A DNA stretch of 64,000 nucleotides from Eledone cirrhosa (lineage: Eukaryota). The stretch is from contig OZ024741.1 of NCBI GenBank assembly GCA_964016885.1, positions 411,246,001 through 411,310,000 on the forward strand. Reading direction: 5' to 3'. Made by a program: the position numbers and the translations under genes. Within the stretch, counting starts at the first letter, position 1; each line of letters begins with the position of its first letter. Of this stretch, positions 46,584 to 58,500 are shown one piece after another. The notes below the pieces were generated by a model. The model did not search any database. It had not been told where the DNA came from and worked only from the letters and a program-made list of their open reading frames with translations.

Positions 46584-49500
46584 GGTTAGAGTTAGAGCTA
46601 GGGTTAGAGTGAGTTAGAGCTAGGGTTAGAGTGAGTTAGGGATAGGGTTAGAGTGAGTTAGGGATAGGGTTAGAGTGAGTTAGAGGTAGGGTTAGAGTTA
46701 GTTAGAGGTAGGGTTAGAGTTAGTTAGAGGTAGGGTTAGAGTTAGTTAGAGCTAGGGTTAGAGTTAGTTAGAGGTAGGGTTAGAGTTAGTTAGAGCTAGG
46801 GTTAGTGTTAGTTAGGGCTAGGGTTAGAGTTAGTTAGAGCTAGGGTTAGAGTTAGTTAGGGCTAGGGTTAGAGTTAGTTAGAGCTAAGGTTAGAGTTAGT
46901 TAGAGATAGGGTTAGAGTTAGTTAGAGATAGGGTTAGAGTTAGTTAGAGCTAGGGTTAGAGTTAGTTAGGGCTAGGGTTAGAGTGAGTTAGGGCTAGGGT
47001 TAGAGTGAGTTAGGGCTAGGGTTAGAGTTAGTTAGAGATAGGGTTAGGGTTAGTTAGAGCTAGGGTTAGAGTTAGTTAGAGATAGGGTTATAGTTAGTTA
47101 GGGCTAGGGTTAGAGTTAGTTAGAGCTAGGGTTAGAGTTAGTTAGAGATAGGGTTAGAGTTAGTTAGAGCTAGGGTTAGAGTTAGTTAGAGATAGGGTTA
47201 GAGTTAGTTAGAGCTAGGGTTATAGTTAGTTAGGGCTAGGGTTAGAGTTAGTTAGAGATAAGGTTAGAGTTAGTTAGAGCTAGGGTTAGAGTTAGTTAGA
47301 GCTAGGGTTAGAGTTAGTTAGGGCTAGGGTTAGAGTTAGTTAGAGATAGGGTTAGAGTTAGTTAGAGCTAGGGTTATAGTTAGTTAGGGCTAGGGTTAGA
47401 GTTAGTTAGAGCTAGGGTTAGAGTTAGTTAGGGCTAGGGTTAGAGTTAGTTAGAGATAGGGTTAGAGTTAGTTAGAGCTAGGGTTATAGTTAGTTAGAGC
47501 TAGGGTTAGAGTTAGTTAGGGCTAGGGTTAGAGTTAGTTAGAGATAGGGTTAGAGTTAGTTAGGGCTAGGGTTAGAGTTAGTTAGAGCTAGGGTTAGAGT
47601 TAGTTAGGGCTAGGGTTAGAGTTAGTTAGAGATAGGGTTAGAGTTAGTTAGAGCTAGGGTTAGAGTTAGTTAGAGCTAGGGTTAGAGTTAGTTAGGGCTA
47701 GGGTTAGAGTTAGTTAGAGATAGGGTTAGAGTTAGTTAGAGCTAGGGTTATAGTTAGTTAGGGCTAGGGTTAGAGTTAGTTAGAGATAAGGTTAGAGTTA
47801 GTTAGAGCTAGGGTTAGAGTGAGTTAGAGCTAGGGTTAGAGTTAGTTAGGGCTAGGGTTAGAGTTAGTTAGAGCTAGGGTTAGAGTTAGTTAGAGATAGG
47901 GTTAGGATGAGTTAGAGATAGGGTTAGAGTTAGTTAGGGCTAGGGTTAGAGTTAGTTAGGGCTAGGGTTAGAGTTAGTTAGAGATAGGGTTAGAGTTAGT
48001 TAGAGCTAGGGTTAGAGTTAGTTAGAGATAGGGTTAGAGTTAGTTAGAGCTAGGGTTAGAGTTAGTTAGAGATAGGGTTAGGATGAGTTAGAGATAGGGT
48101 TAGAGTTAGTTAGAGATAAGGTTATAGTTAGTTAGGGCTAGGGTTAGAGTTAGTTAGAGCTAGGGTTAGAGTTAGTTAGAGCTAGGGTTAGAGTTAGTTA
48201 GGGCTAGGGTTAGAGTTAGTTAGAGCTAGGGTTAGAGTTAGTTAGAGCTAGGGTTAGAGTTAGTTAGAGATAGGGTTATAGTTAGTTAGGGCTAGGGTTA
48301 GAGTTAGTTAGAGCTAGGGTTAGAGTTAGTTAGAGATAGGGTTAGATTTAGTTAGAGCTAGGGTTAGAGTTAGTTAGGGCTAGGGTTAGAGTTAGTTAGA
48401 GCTAGGGTTAGAGTTAGTTAGAGCTAGGGTTAGAGTTAGTTAGAGATAGGGTTAGAGTTAGTTAGAGCTAGGGTTAGTGTGAGTTAGAGATAGGGTTAGA
48501 GTGAGTTAGGGCTAGGGTTAAGGTTAGTTAGGGCTAGGGTTAGTGTTAGTTAGAGCTAGGGTTAGAGTTAGTTAGAGCTAGGGTTAGAGTTAGTTAGAGC
48601 TAAGGTTAGAGTTAGTTAGGGCTAGGGTTAGAGTTAGTTAGAGATAGGGTTAGAGTTAGTTAGAGCTAGGGTTAGAGTTAGTTAGGGCTAGGGTTAGAGT
48701 GAGTTAGAGCTAGGGTTAGAGTTAGTTAGAGCTAGGGTTAGAGTTAGTTAGAGCTAGGGTTAGAGTGAGTTAGAATTAGGGTTAGAGTTAGTTAGGGCTA
48801 GGGTTAGAGTTAGTTAGAGATAGGGTTAGAGTTAGTTAGAGCTAGGGTTAGAGTTAGTTAGAGCTAGGGTTAGAGTTAGTTAGAGCTAGGGTTAGAGTTA
48901 GTTAGAGCTAGGGTTAGAGTTAGTTAGAGCTAGGATTAGAGTTCGTTAGGGCTAGGGTTAGAGTTAGTTAGAGATAGGGTTATAGTGTGTTAGAGCTAGG
49001 GTTAGAGTTAGTTAGAGATAGGGTTATAGTTAGTTAGAGATAGGGTTAGGGTTAGTTAGGGCTAGGGTTAGTGTTAGTTAGGGCAAGGGTTAGAGTTAGT
49101 TAGAGCTAGGGTTAGAGTTAGTTAGGGCTAGGGTTAGAGTTAGTTAGAGCTAGGGTTAGAGTTAGTTAGAGATAGGGTTAGAGTTAGTTAGAGCTAGGGT
49201 TAGAGTTAGTTAGAGCTAGGGTTAGAGTTAGTTAGAGCTAAGGTTAGAGTTAGTTAGGGCTAGGGTTAGAGTTAGTTAGAGATAGGGTTAGAGTTAGTTA
49301 GAGCTAGGGTTAGAGTTAGTTAGGGCTAGGGTTAGAGTGAGTTAGAGCTAGGGTTAGAGTTAGTTAGAGCTAGGGTTAGAGTTAGTTAGAGCTAGGATTA
49401 GAGTGAGTTAGAGCTAGGGTTAGTGTTTGTTAGGGCTAGGGTTAGTGTTAGTTAGAGGTAGGGTTAGAGTGAGTTAGGGCTAGGGTTAGAGTTAGTTAGA

Positions 49501-52500
49501 GCTAGGGTTAGAGTTAGTTAGAGCTAGGGTTAGTGTTAGTTAGGGCTAGAGCTAGAGTTAGTTAGAGCTAGGGTTAGAGTTAGTTAGAGCTAGGGTTAGA
49601 GTTAGTTAGAGCTAGGGTTAGTGTTAGTTAGGGCTAGGGTTAGAGTTAGTTAGAGGTAGGGTTAGAGTTAGTTAGAGATAGGGTTAGAGTGAGTTAGAGC
49701 TAGGGTTAGAGTGAGTTAGAGATAGGGTTAGAGTGAGTTAGAGCTAGGGTTATAGTTAGTTAGGGCTAGGGTTATAGTTAGTTAGGGCTAGGGTTAGAGT
49801 TAGTTAGAGATAGGGTTAGAGTTAGTTAGAGCTAGGGTTAGAGTTAGTTAGAGATAGGGTTAGAGTTAGTTAGGGGTAGGGTTAGAGTTAGTTAGAGCTA
49901 GGGTTAGAGTTAGTTAGAGATAGGGTTAGAGTTAGTTAGAGCTAGGGTTAGAGTTAGTTAGAGCTAGGGTTAGAGTTAGTTAGAGCTAGGGTTAGAGTTA
50001 GTTAGAGATAGGGTTAGAGTTAGTTAGAGATAGGGTTAGAGTTAGTTAGAGATAGTGTTAGAGTGAGTTAGAGATAGGGTTAGAGTTAGTTAGAGATAGG
50101 GTTAGAGTTAGTTAGAGATAGGGTTAGAGTTAGTTAGAGATAGGGTTAGAGTTAGTTAGGGCTTGGGTTAGAGTTAGTTAGAGCTAGGGTTAGAGTTAGT
50201 TAGAGCTAGGGTTAGAGTTAGTTAGAGATAGTGTTAGAGTGAGTTAGAGATAGTGTTAGAGTGAGTTAGAGATAGGGTTAGAGTGAGTTAGAGCTAAGGT
50301 TAGAGTTAGTTAGAGCTAGGGTTAGAGTTAGTTAGAGATAGGGTTAGAGTTAGTTAGAGATAGTGTTAGAGTGAGTTAGAGATAGGGTTAGAGTGAGTTA
50401 GAGCTAAGGTTAGAGTTAGTTAGAGCTAGGGTTAGAGTTAGTTAGAGATAGGGTTAGAGTTAGTTAGAGCTAGGGTTAGAGTGAGTTAGAGCTAGGGTTA
50501 GAGTTAGTTAGGGCTAGGGTTAGAGTTAGTTAGAGGTAGGGTTAGAGTTAGTTAGAGCTAGGGTTAGAGTTAGTTAGAGGTAGGGTTAGAGTTAGTTAGG
50601 GCTAGGGTTAGAGTTAGTTAGGGCTAGGGTTAGAGTTAGTTAGAGGTAGGGTTAGAGTTAGTTAGAGCTAGGGTTAGAGTTAGTTAGGGCTAGGGTTAGA
50701 GTTAGGGTTAGGGTTAGGGTTAATTAGAGTTAGTTAGAGCTAGGGTTAGAGTTAATTAGAGTTAGTTAGAGCTAGGGTTAGAGTTAGTTAAAGCTAGGGT
50801 TAGGGTTAGGGTTAGGGTTAGGGTTAGGGTTAGGGTTAGGGTTAGGGTTAGGGTTAGGGTTAGGGTTAGGGTTAGGGTTAGGGTTAGGGTTAGGGTTAGA
50901 GTTAGTTAGGGCTAGGGTTAGAGTTAGTTAGAGGTAGGGTTAGAGTTAGTTAGAGCTAGGGTTAGAGTTAGTTAGAGCTAGGGTTAGAGTTAGTTAGAGC
51001 TGGGGTTAGAGCTAAGGTTAGAGTTAGTTAGAGATAGGGTTAGAGTTAGTTAGAGATAGGGTTAGAGTTAGTTAGAGATAGGGTTAGAGTTAGTTAGAGC
51101 TAGGGTTAGAGTGAGTTAGGGCTAGGGTTAGAGTTAGTTAGAGCTAGGGTTAGAGTTAGTTAGAGCTAGGGTTAGAGTTAGTTAGGGCTAAGGTTAAAGT
51201 GAGTTAGGGCTAGGGTTAGAGTTAGTTAGAGATAGGGTTAGAGTTAGTTAGGGCTAAGGTTAGAGTTAGTTAGGGCTAGGGTTAGAGTTAGTTAGGGCTA
51301 GGGTTAGAGTTAGTTAGGGCTAAGGTTAGAGTTAGTTAGGGCTAAGGTTAGAGTTAGTTAGGGCTAGGGTTAGAGTTAGTTAGGGCTAAGGTTAGAGTTA
51401 GTTAGGGCTAAGGTTAGAGTTAGTTAGGGCTAGGGTTAGAGTTAGTTAGAGCTAGGGTTAGAGTTAGTTAGAGATAGGGTTAGAGTTAGTTAGGGCTAAG
51501 GTTAGAGTTAGTTAGGGCTAAGGTTAGAGTTAGTTAGAGCTAAGGTTAGAGTTATTTAGGGCTAGGGTTATAGTTAGTTAGGGCTAGGGTTATAGTTAGT
51601 TAGGGCTAGGGTTAGAGTTAGTTAGAGATAGGGTTAGAGTTAGTTAGAGCTAGGGTTAGAGTTAGTTAGAGCTAGGGTTAGAGTTAGTTAGAGCTAGGGT
51701 TAGAGTTAGTTAGAGATAGGGTTAGGATGAGTTAGAGATAGGGTTAGAGTTAGTTAGAGCTAGGGTTAGAGTTAGTTAGAGCTAGGGTTAGAGTTAGTTA
51801 GAGGTAGGGTTAGAGTTAGTTAGAGCTAGGGTTAGAGTTAGTTAGAGGTAGGGTTAGAGTTAGTTAGAGATAGGGTTAGAGTTAGTTAGAGATAGGGTTA
51901 TAGTTAGTTAGGGCTAGGGTTAGAGTTAGTTAGAGCTAGGGTTAGAGTTAGTTAGGGATAGGGTTAGAGTTAGTTAGAGCTAGGGTTAGAGTGAGTTAGA
52001 GATAGGGTTAGAGTGAGTTAGGGCTAGGGTTAGGGTTAGTTAGGGCTAGGGTTAGATTTAGTTAGAGCTAGGGTTAGAGTTAGTTAGAGCTAGGGTTAGA
52101 GTTAGTTAGAGCTAGGGTTAGAGTTAGTTAGAGATAGGGTTAGAGTTAGTTAGAGCTAGGGTTAGAGTTAGTTAGAGATAGGGTTAGAGTTAGTTAGAGC
52201 TAGGGTTAGAGTGAGTTAGAGATAGGGTTAGAGTGAGTTAGGGCTAGGGTTAGGGTTAGTTAGGGCTAGGGTTAGAGTTAGTTAGAGATAGGGTTAGAGT
52301 GAGTTAGGGCTAGGGTTAGTGTTAGTTAGAGCTAGGGTTACAGTTAGTTAGAGCTAAGGTTAGAGTTAGTTAGGGCTAGGGTTAGAGTTAGTTAGAGCTA
52401 AGGTTAGAGTTAGTTAGGGCTAGGGTTAGAGTTAGTTAGAGATAGGGTTAGAGTTAGTTAGAGCTAGGGTTAGAGTTAGTTAGGGCTAGGGTTAGAGTGA

Positions 52501-55500
52501 GTTAGAGCTAGGGTTAGAGTTAGTTAGAGCTAGGGTTAGAGTTAGTTAGAGCTAGGGTTAGAGTGAGTTAGAGCTAGGGTTAGAGTTAGTTAGGGCTAGG
52601 GTTAGAGTTAGTTAGAGATAGGGTTAGAGTTAGTTAGAGCTAGGGTTAGAGTTAGTTAGAGCTAGGGTTAGAGTTAGTTAGAGCTAGGGTTAGAGTTAGT
52701 TAGAGCTAGGGTTAGAGTTAGTTAGAGCTAGGGTTAGAGTTAGTTAGGGCTAGGGTTAGAGTTAGTTAGAGATAGGGTTAGAGTGAGTTAGAGCTAGGGT
52801 TAGAGTGAGTTAGGGCTAGGGTTAGGGTTAGTTAGGGCTAGGGTTAGAGTTAGTTAGAGATAGGGTTAGAGTTAGTTAGAGATAGGGTTAGAGTTAGTTA
52901 GAGATAGGGTTAGAGTTAGTTTGAGCTAGGGTTAGAGTTAGTTAGAGCTAGGGTTTGAGTTAGTTAGAGCTAGGGTTAGAGTTAGTTAGAGCTAGGGTTA
53001 GAGTTAGTTAGAGATAGGGTTAGAGTTAGTTAGAGATAGGGTTAGAGTTAGTTTGAGCTAGGGTTAGAGTTAGTTAGAGCTAGGGTTTGAGTTAGTTAGA
53101 GCTAGGGTTAGAGTTAGTTAGAGCTAGGGTTAGAGTTAGTTAGGGCTAGGGTTAGAGTGAGTTAGAGCTAGGGTTAGAGTTAGTTAGAGCTAGGGTTAGA
53201 GTTAGTTAGAGATAGGGTTAGAGTTAGTTAGAGCTAGGGTTAGAGTTAGTTAGAGATAGGGTTAGAGTTAGTTAGAGATAGGGTTAGAGTTAGTTAGAGC
53301 TAGGGTTAGAGTTAGTTAGAGCTAAGGTTAGAGTTAGTTAGGGCTAGGGTTAGAGTTAGTTAGAGCTAGGGTTAGAGTTAGTTAGAGCTAGGGTTAGAGT
53401 TAGTTAGGGCTAGGGTTAGAGTGAGTTAGAGCTAGGGTTAGAGTTAGTTAGAGCTAGGGTTAGAGTTAGTTAGAGATAGGGTTAGAGTTAGTTAGAGCTA
53501 GGGTTAGAGTTAGTTAGAGATAGGGTTAGAGTTAGTTAGAGATAGGGTTAGAGTTAGTTAGAGCTAGGGTTAGAGTTAGTTAGAGCTAAGGTTAGAGTTA
53601 GTTAGTGCTAGGGTTAGAGTTAGTTAGAGATAGGGTTAGAGTTAGTTAGAGCTAGGGTTAGAGTTAGTTAGGGCTAGGGTTAGAGTGAGTTAGAGCTAGG
53701 GTTAGAGTTAGTTAGAGCTAGGGTTAGAGTTAGTTAGAGATAGGGTTAGAGTTAGTTAGAGCTAGGGTTAGAGTTAGTTAGAGATAGGGTTAGAGTTAGT
53801 TAGAGCTAGGGTTAGAGTTAGTTAGAGCTAGGGTTAGAGTTAGTTAGAGCTAAGGTTAGAGTTAGTTAGTGCTAGGGTTAGAGTTAGTTAGAGATAGGGT
53901 TAGAGTTAGTTAGAGCTAGGGTTAGAGTTAGGGCTAGGGTTAGAGTGAGTTAGAGCTAGGGTTAGAGTTAGTTAGAGCTAGGGTTAGAGTTAGTTAGAGC
54001 TAGGATTAGAGTGAGTTAGAGCTAGGGTTAGTGTTAGTTAGGGCTAGGGTTAGTGTTAGTTAGAGGTAGGGTTAGAGTGAGTTAGGGCTAGGGTTAGAGT
54101 TAGTTAGAGCTAGGGTTAGAGTTAGTTAGAGCTAGGGTTAGTGTTAGTTAGGGCTAGAGCTAGAGTTAGTTAGAGCTAGGGTTAGAGTTAGTTAGAGCTA
54201 GGGTTAGAGTTAGTTAGAGCTAGGGTTAGTGTTAGTTAGGGCTAGGGTTAGAGTTAGTTAGGGCTAGGGTTAGAGTTAGTTAGAGCTAGGGTTAGAGTTA
54301 GTTAGAGGTAGGGTTAGAGTTAGTTAGAGATAGGGTTAGAGTTAGTTAGAGGTAGGGTTAGAGTTAGTTAGAGATAGGGTTATAGTTAGTTAGGGCTAGG
54401 GTTAGAGTTAGTTAGAGCTAGGGTTAGAGTTAGTTAGAGGTAGGGTTAGAGTTAGTTAGAGATAGGGTTAGAGTTAGTTAGAGGTAGGGTTAGAGTTAGT
54501 TAGAGATAGGGTTATAGTTAGTTAGGGCTAGGGTTAGAGTTAGTTAGAGCTAGGGTTAGAGTTAGTTAGAGCTAGGGTTAGAGTTAGTTAGAGCTAGGGT
54601 TAGAGTTAGTTAGAGCTAGGGTTAGAGTTAGTTAGAGCTAGGGTTAGAGTGAGTTAGAGATAGGGTTAGAGTGAGTTAGGGCTAGGGTTAGAGTTAGTTA
54701 GAGCTAGGGTTATAGTTAGTTAGGGCTAGGGTTATAGTTAGTTAGGGCTAGGGTTAGAGTTAGTTAGAGATAGGGTTAGAGTTAGTTAGAGCTAGGGATA
54801 GAGTTAGTTAGAGATAGGGTTAGAGTTAGTTAGAGCTAGGGTTAGAGTTAGTTAGAGATAGGGTTAGAGTGAGTTAGAGCTAGGGTTAGAGTTAGTTAGA
54901 GCTAGGGTTATAGTTAGTTAGGGCTAGGGTTATAGTTAGTTAGGGCTAGGGTTAGAGTTAGTTAGAGATAGGGTTAGAGTTAGTTAGAGCTAGGGTTAGA
55001 GTTAGTTAGAGATAGGGTTAGATTTAGTTAGGGGTAGGGTTAGAGTTAGTTAGAGCTAGGGTTAGAGTTAGTTAGAGATAGGGTTAGAGTTAGTTAGAGC
55101 TAGGGTTAGAGTTAGTTAGAGCTAGGGTTATAGTTAGTTAGGGCTAGGGTTAGAGTTAGTTAGAGGTAGGGTTAGAGTTAGTTAGAGCTAGGGTTAGAGT
55201 TAGTTAGAGGTAGGGTTAGAGTTAGTTAGGGCTAGGGTTAGAGTTAGTTAGGGCTAGGGTTAGAGTTAGTTAGAGGTAGGGTTAGAGTTAGTTAGAGCTA
55301 GGGTTAGAGTTAGTTAGGGCTAGGGTTAGAGTTAGTTAGAGTTAGTTAGGGCTAGGGTTAGGGTTAGGGTTACGGTTAGGGTTAATTAGAGTTAGTTAGC
55401 GCTAGGGTTAGAGTTAATTAGAGTTAGTTAGAGCTAGGGTTAGAGTTAGTTAAAGCTAGGGTTAGAGTTAGTTAGAGCTAGGGTTAGAGTTAGTTAGGGC

Positions 55501-58500
55501 TAAGGTTAGAGTTAGTTAGAGCTAGGGTTAGAGTTAGTTAGAGGTAGGGTTAGAGTTAGTTAGGGCTAAGGTTAGAGTTAGTTAGAGCTAGGGTTAGAGT
55601 TAGTTAGAGCTAGGGTTAGAGTTAGTTAGGGCTAGGGTTAGAGTTAGTTAGAGCTAGGGTTAGAGTTAGTTAGAGCTAGGGTTAGAGTTAGTTAGAGCTA
55701 GGGTTAGAGTTAGTTAGAGCTAGGGTTAGAGTTAGTTAGAGGTAGGGTTAGAGTTAGTTAGGGCTAAGGTTAGAGTTAGTTAGAGCTAGGGTTAGAGTTA
55801 GTTAGGGCTAAGGTTAGAGTTAGTTAGAGCTAGGGTTAGAGTTAGTTAGAGCTAGGGTTAGAGTTAGTTAGGGCTAAGGTTAGAGTTAGTTAGAGCTAGG
55901 GTTAGAGTTAGTTAGAGCTAGGGTTAGAGTTAGTTAGAGCTAGGGTTAGAGTTAGTTAGAGGTAGGGTTAGAGTTAGTTAGAGATAGGGTTAGAGTTAGT
56001 TAGAGGTAGGGTTAGAGTTAGTTAGAGATAGGGTTATAGTTAGTTAGGGCTAGGGTTAGAGTTAGTTAGAGCTAGGGTTAGAGTTAGTTAGAGGTAGGGT
56101 TAGAGTTAGTTAGAGATAGGGTTAGAGTTAGTTAGAGGTAGGGTTAGAGTTAGTTAGAGCTAGGGTTAGAGTTAGTTAGAGCTAGGGTTAGAGTTAGTTA
56201 GAGATAGGGTTAGAGTTAGTTAGAGCTAGGGTTAGAGTGAGTTAGAGATAGGGTTAGAGTGAGTTAGGGCTAGGGTTAGAGTTAGTTAGGGCTAGGGTTA
56301 GAGTTAGTTAGAGATAGGGTTATAGTTAGTTAGGGCTAGGGTTAGAGTTAGTTAGAGCTAGGGTTAGAGTTAGTTAGAGCTAGGGTTAGAGTTAGTTAGG
56401 GCTAGGGTTAGAGTTAGTTAGAGCTAGGGTTAGAGTTAGTTAGAGCTAGGGTTAGAGTTAGTTAGAGATAGGGTTATAGTTAGTTAGGGCTAGGGTTAGA
56501 GTTAGTTAGAGCTAGGGTTAGAGTTAGTTAGAGATAGGGTTAGATTTAGTTAGAGCTAGGGTTAGAGTTAGTTAGGGCTAGGGTTAGAGTTAGTTAGAGA
56601 TAGGGTTAGAGTTAGTTAGAGCTAGGGTTAGAGTTAGTTAGGGCTAGGGTTAGAGTTAGTTAGGGCTAGGGTTAGTGTTAGTTAGAGCTAGGGTTAGAGT
56701 TAGTTAGAGCTAGGGTTAGAGTTAGTTAGAGCTAAGGTTAGAGTTAGTTAGGGCTAGGGTTAGAGTTAGTTAGAGATAGGGTTAGAGTTAGTTAGAGCTA
56801 GGGTTAGAGTTAGTTAGGGCTAGGGTTAGAGTGAGTTAGAGCTAGGGTTAGAGTTAGTTAGAGCTAGGGTTAGAGTTAGTTAGAGCTAGGGTTAGAGTGA
56901 GTTAGAGCTAGGGTTAGAGTTAGTTAGGGCTAGGGTTAGAGTTAGTTAGAGATAGGGTTAGAGTTAGTTAGAGCTAGGGTTAGAGTTAGTTAGAGCTAGG
57001 GTTAGAGTTAGTTAGAGCTAGGATTAGAGTTAGTTAGAGCTAGGGTTAGAGTTAGTTAGAGCTAGGGTTAGAGTTAGTTAGGGCTAGGGTTAGAGTTAGT
57101 TAGAGATAGGGTTAGAGTGAGTTAGAGCTAGGGTTAGAGTTAGTTAGAGATAGGGTTATAGTTAGTTAGAGATAGGGTTAGAGTTAGTTAGGGCTAGGGT
57201 TAGAGTTAGTTAGAGCTAGGGTTAGAGTTAGTTAGAGCTAAGGTTAGAGTTAGTTAGGGCTAGGGTTAGAGTTAGTTAGAGATAGGGTTAGAGTTAGTTA
57301 GAGCTAGGGTTAGAGTTAGTTAGGGCTAGGGTTAGAGTGAGTTAGAGCTAGGGTTAGAGTTAGTTAGAGCTAGGGTTAGAGTTAGTTAGAGCTAGGATTA
57401 GAGTGAGTTAGAGCTAGGGTTAGTGTTAGTTAGGGCTAGGGTTAGTGTTAGTTAGAGGTAGGGTTAGAGTTAGTTAGAGCTAGGGTTAGAGTTAGTTAGA
57501 GATAGGGTTAGAGTGAGTTAGGGCTAGGGTTAGAGTTAGTTAGAGCTAGGGTTATAGTTAGTTAGGGCTAGGGTTATAGTTAGTTAGGGCTAGGGTTAGA
57601 GTTAGTTAGAGATAGGGTTAGAGTTAGTTAGAGCTAGGGTTAGAGTTAGTTAGAGATAGGGTTAGAGTTAGTTAGGGGTAGGGTTAGAGTTAGTTAGAGC
57701 TAGGGTTAGAGTTAGTTAGAGATAGGGTTAGAGTTAGTTAGAGCTAGGGTTAGAGTTAGTTAGAGCTAGGGTTAGAGTTAGTTAGGGCTAGGGTTAGAGT
57801 TAGTTAGAGGTAGGGTTAGAGTTAGTTAGGGCTAGGGTTAGAGTTAGTTAGGGCTAGGGTTAGAGTTAGTTAGAGGTAGGGTTAGAGTTAGTTAGAGCTA
57901 GGGTTAGAGTTAGTTAGAGCTAGGGTTAGAGTTAGTTAGAGCTAGGGTTAGAGTTAGTTAGAGATAGGGTTATAGTTAGTTAGGGCTAGGGTTAGAGTTA
58001 GTTAGAGTTAGTTAGGGCTAGGGTTAGGGTTAGGGTTAGGGTTAGGGTTAATTAGAGTTAGTTTGAGCTAGGGTTAGAGTTAGTTAGAGCTAGGGTTAGA
58101 GTTAGTTAGAGCTAGGGTTAGAGTTAGTTAGGGCTAAGGTCAGAGTTAGTTAGAGCTAGGGTTAGAGTTAGTTAGAGCTAGGGTTAGAGTTAGTTAGGGC
58201 TAAGGTCAGAGTTAGTTAGAGATAGGGTTAGAGTTAGTTAGAGCTAGCGTTAGAGTTAGTTAGAGCTAGGGTTAGAGTTAGTTAGGGCTAAGGTCAGAGT
58301 TAGTTAGAGATAGGGTTAGAGTTAGTTAGAGCTAGGGTTAGAGTTAGTTAGGGCTAAGGTCAGAGTTAGTTAGAGCTAGGGTTAGAGTTAGTTAGGGCTA
58401 AGGTCAGAGTTAGTTAGAGATAGGGTTAGAGTTAGTTAGAGCTAGGGTTAGAGTTAGTTAGGGCTAAGGTCAGAGTTAGTTAGAGATAGGGTTAGAGTTA

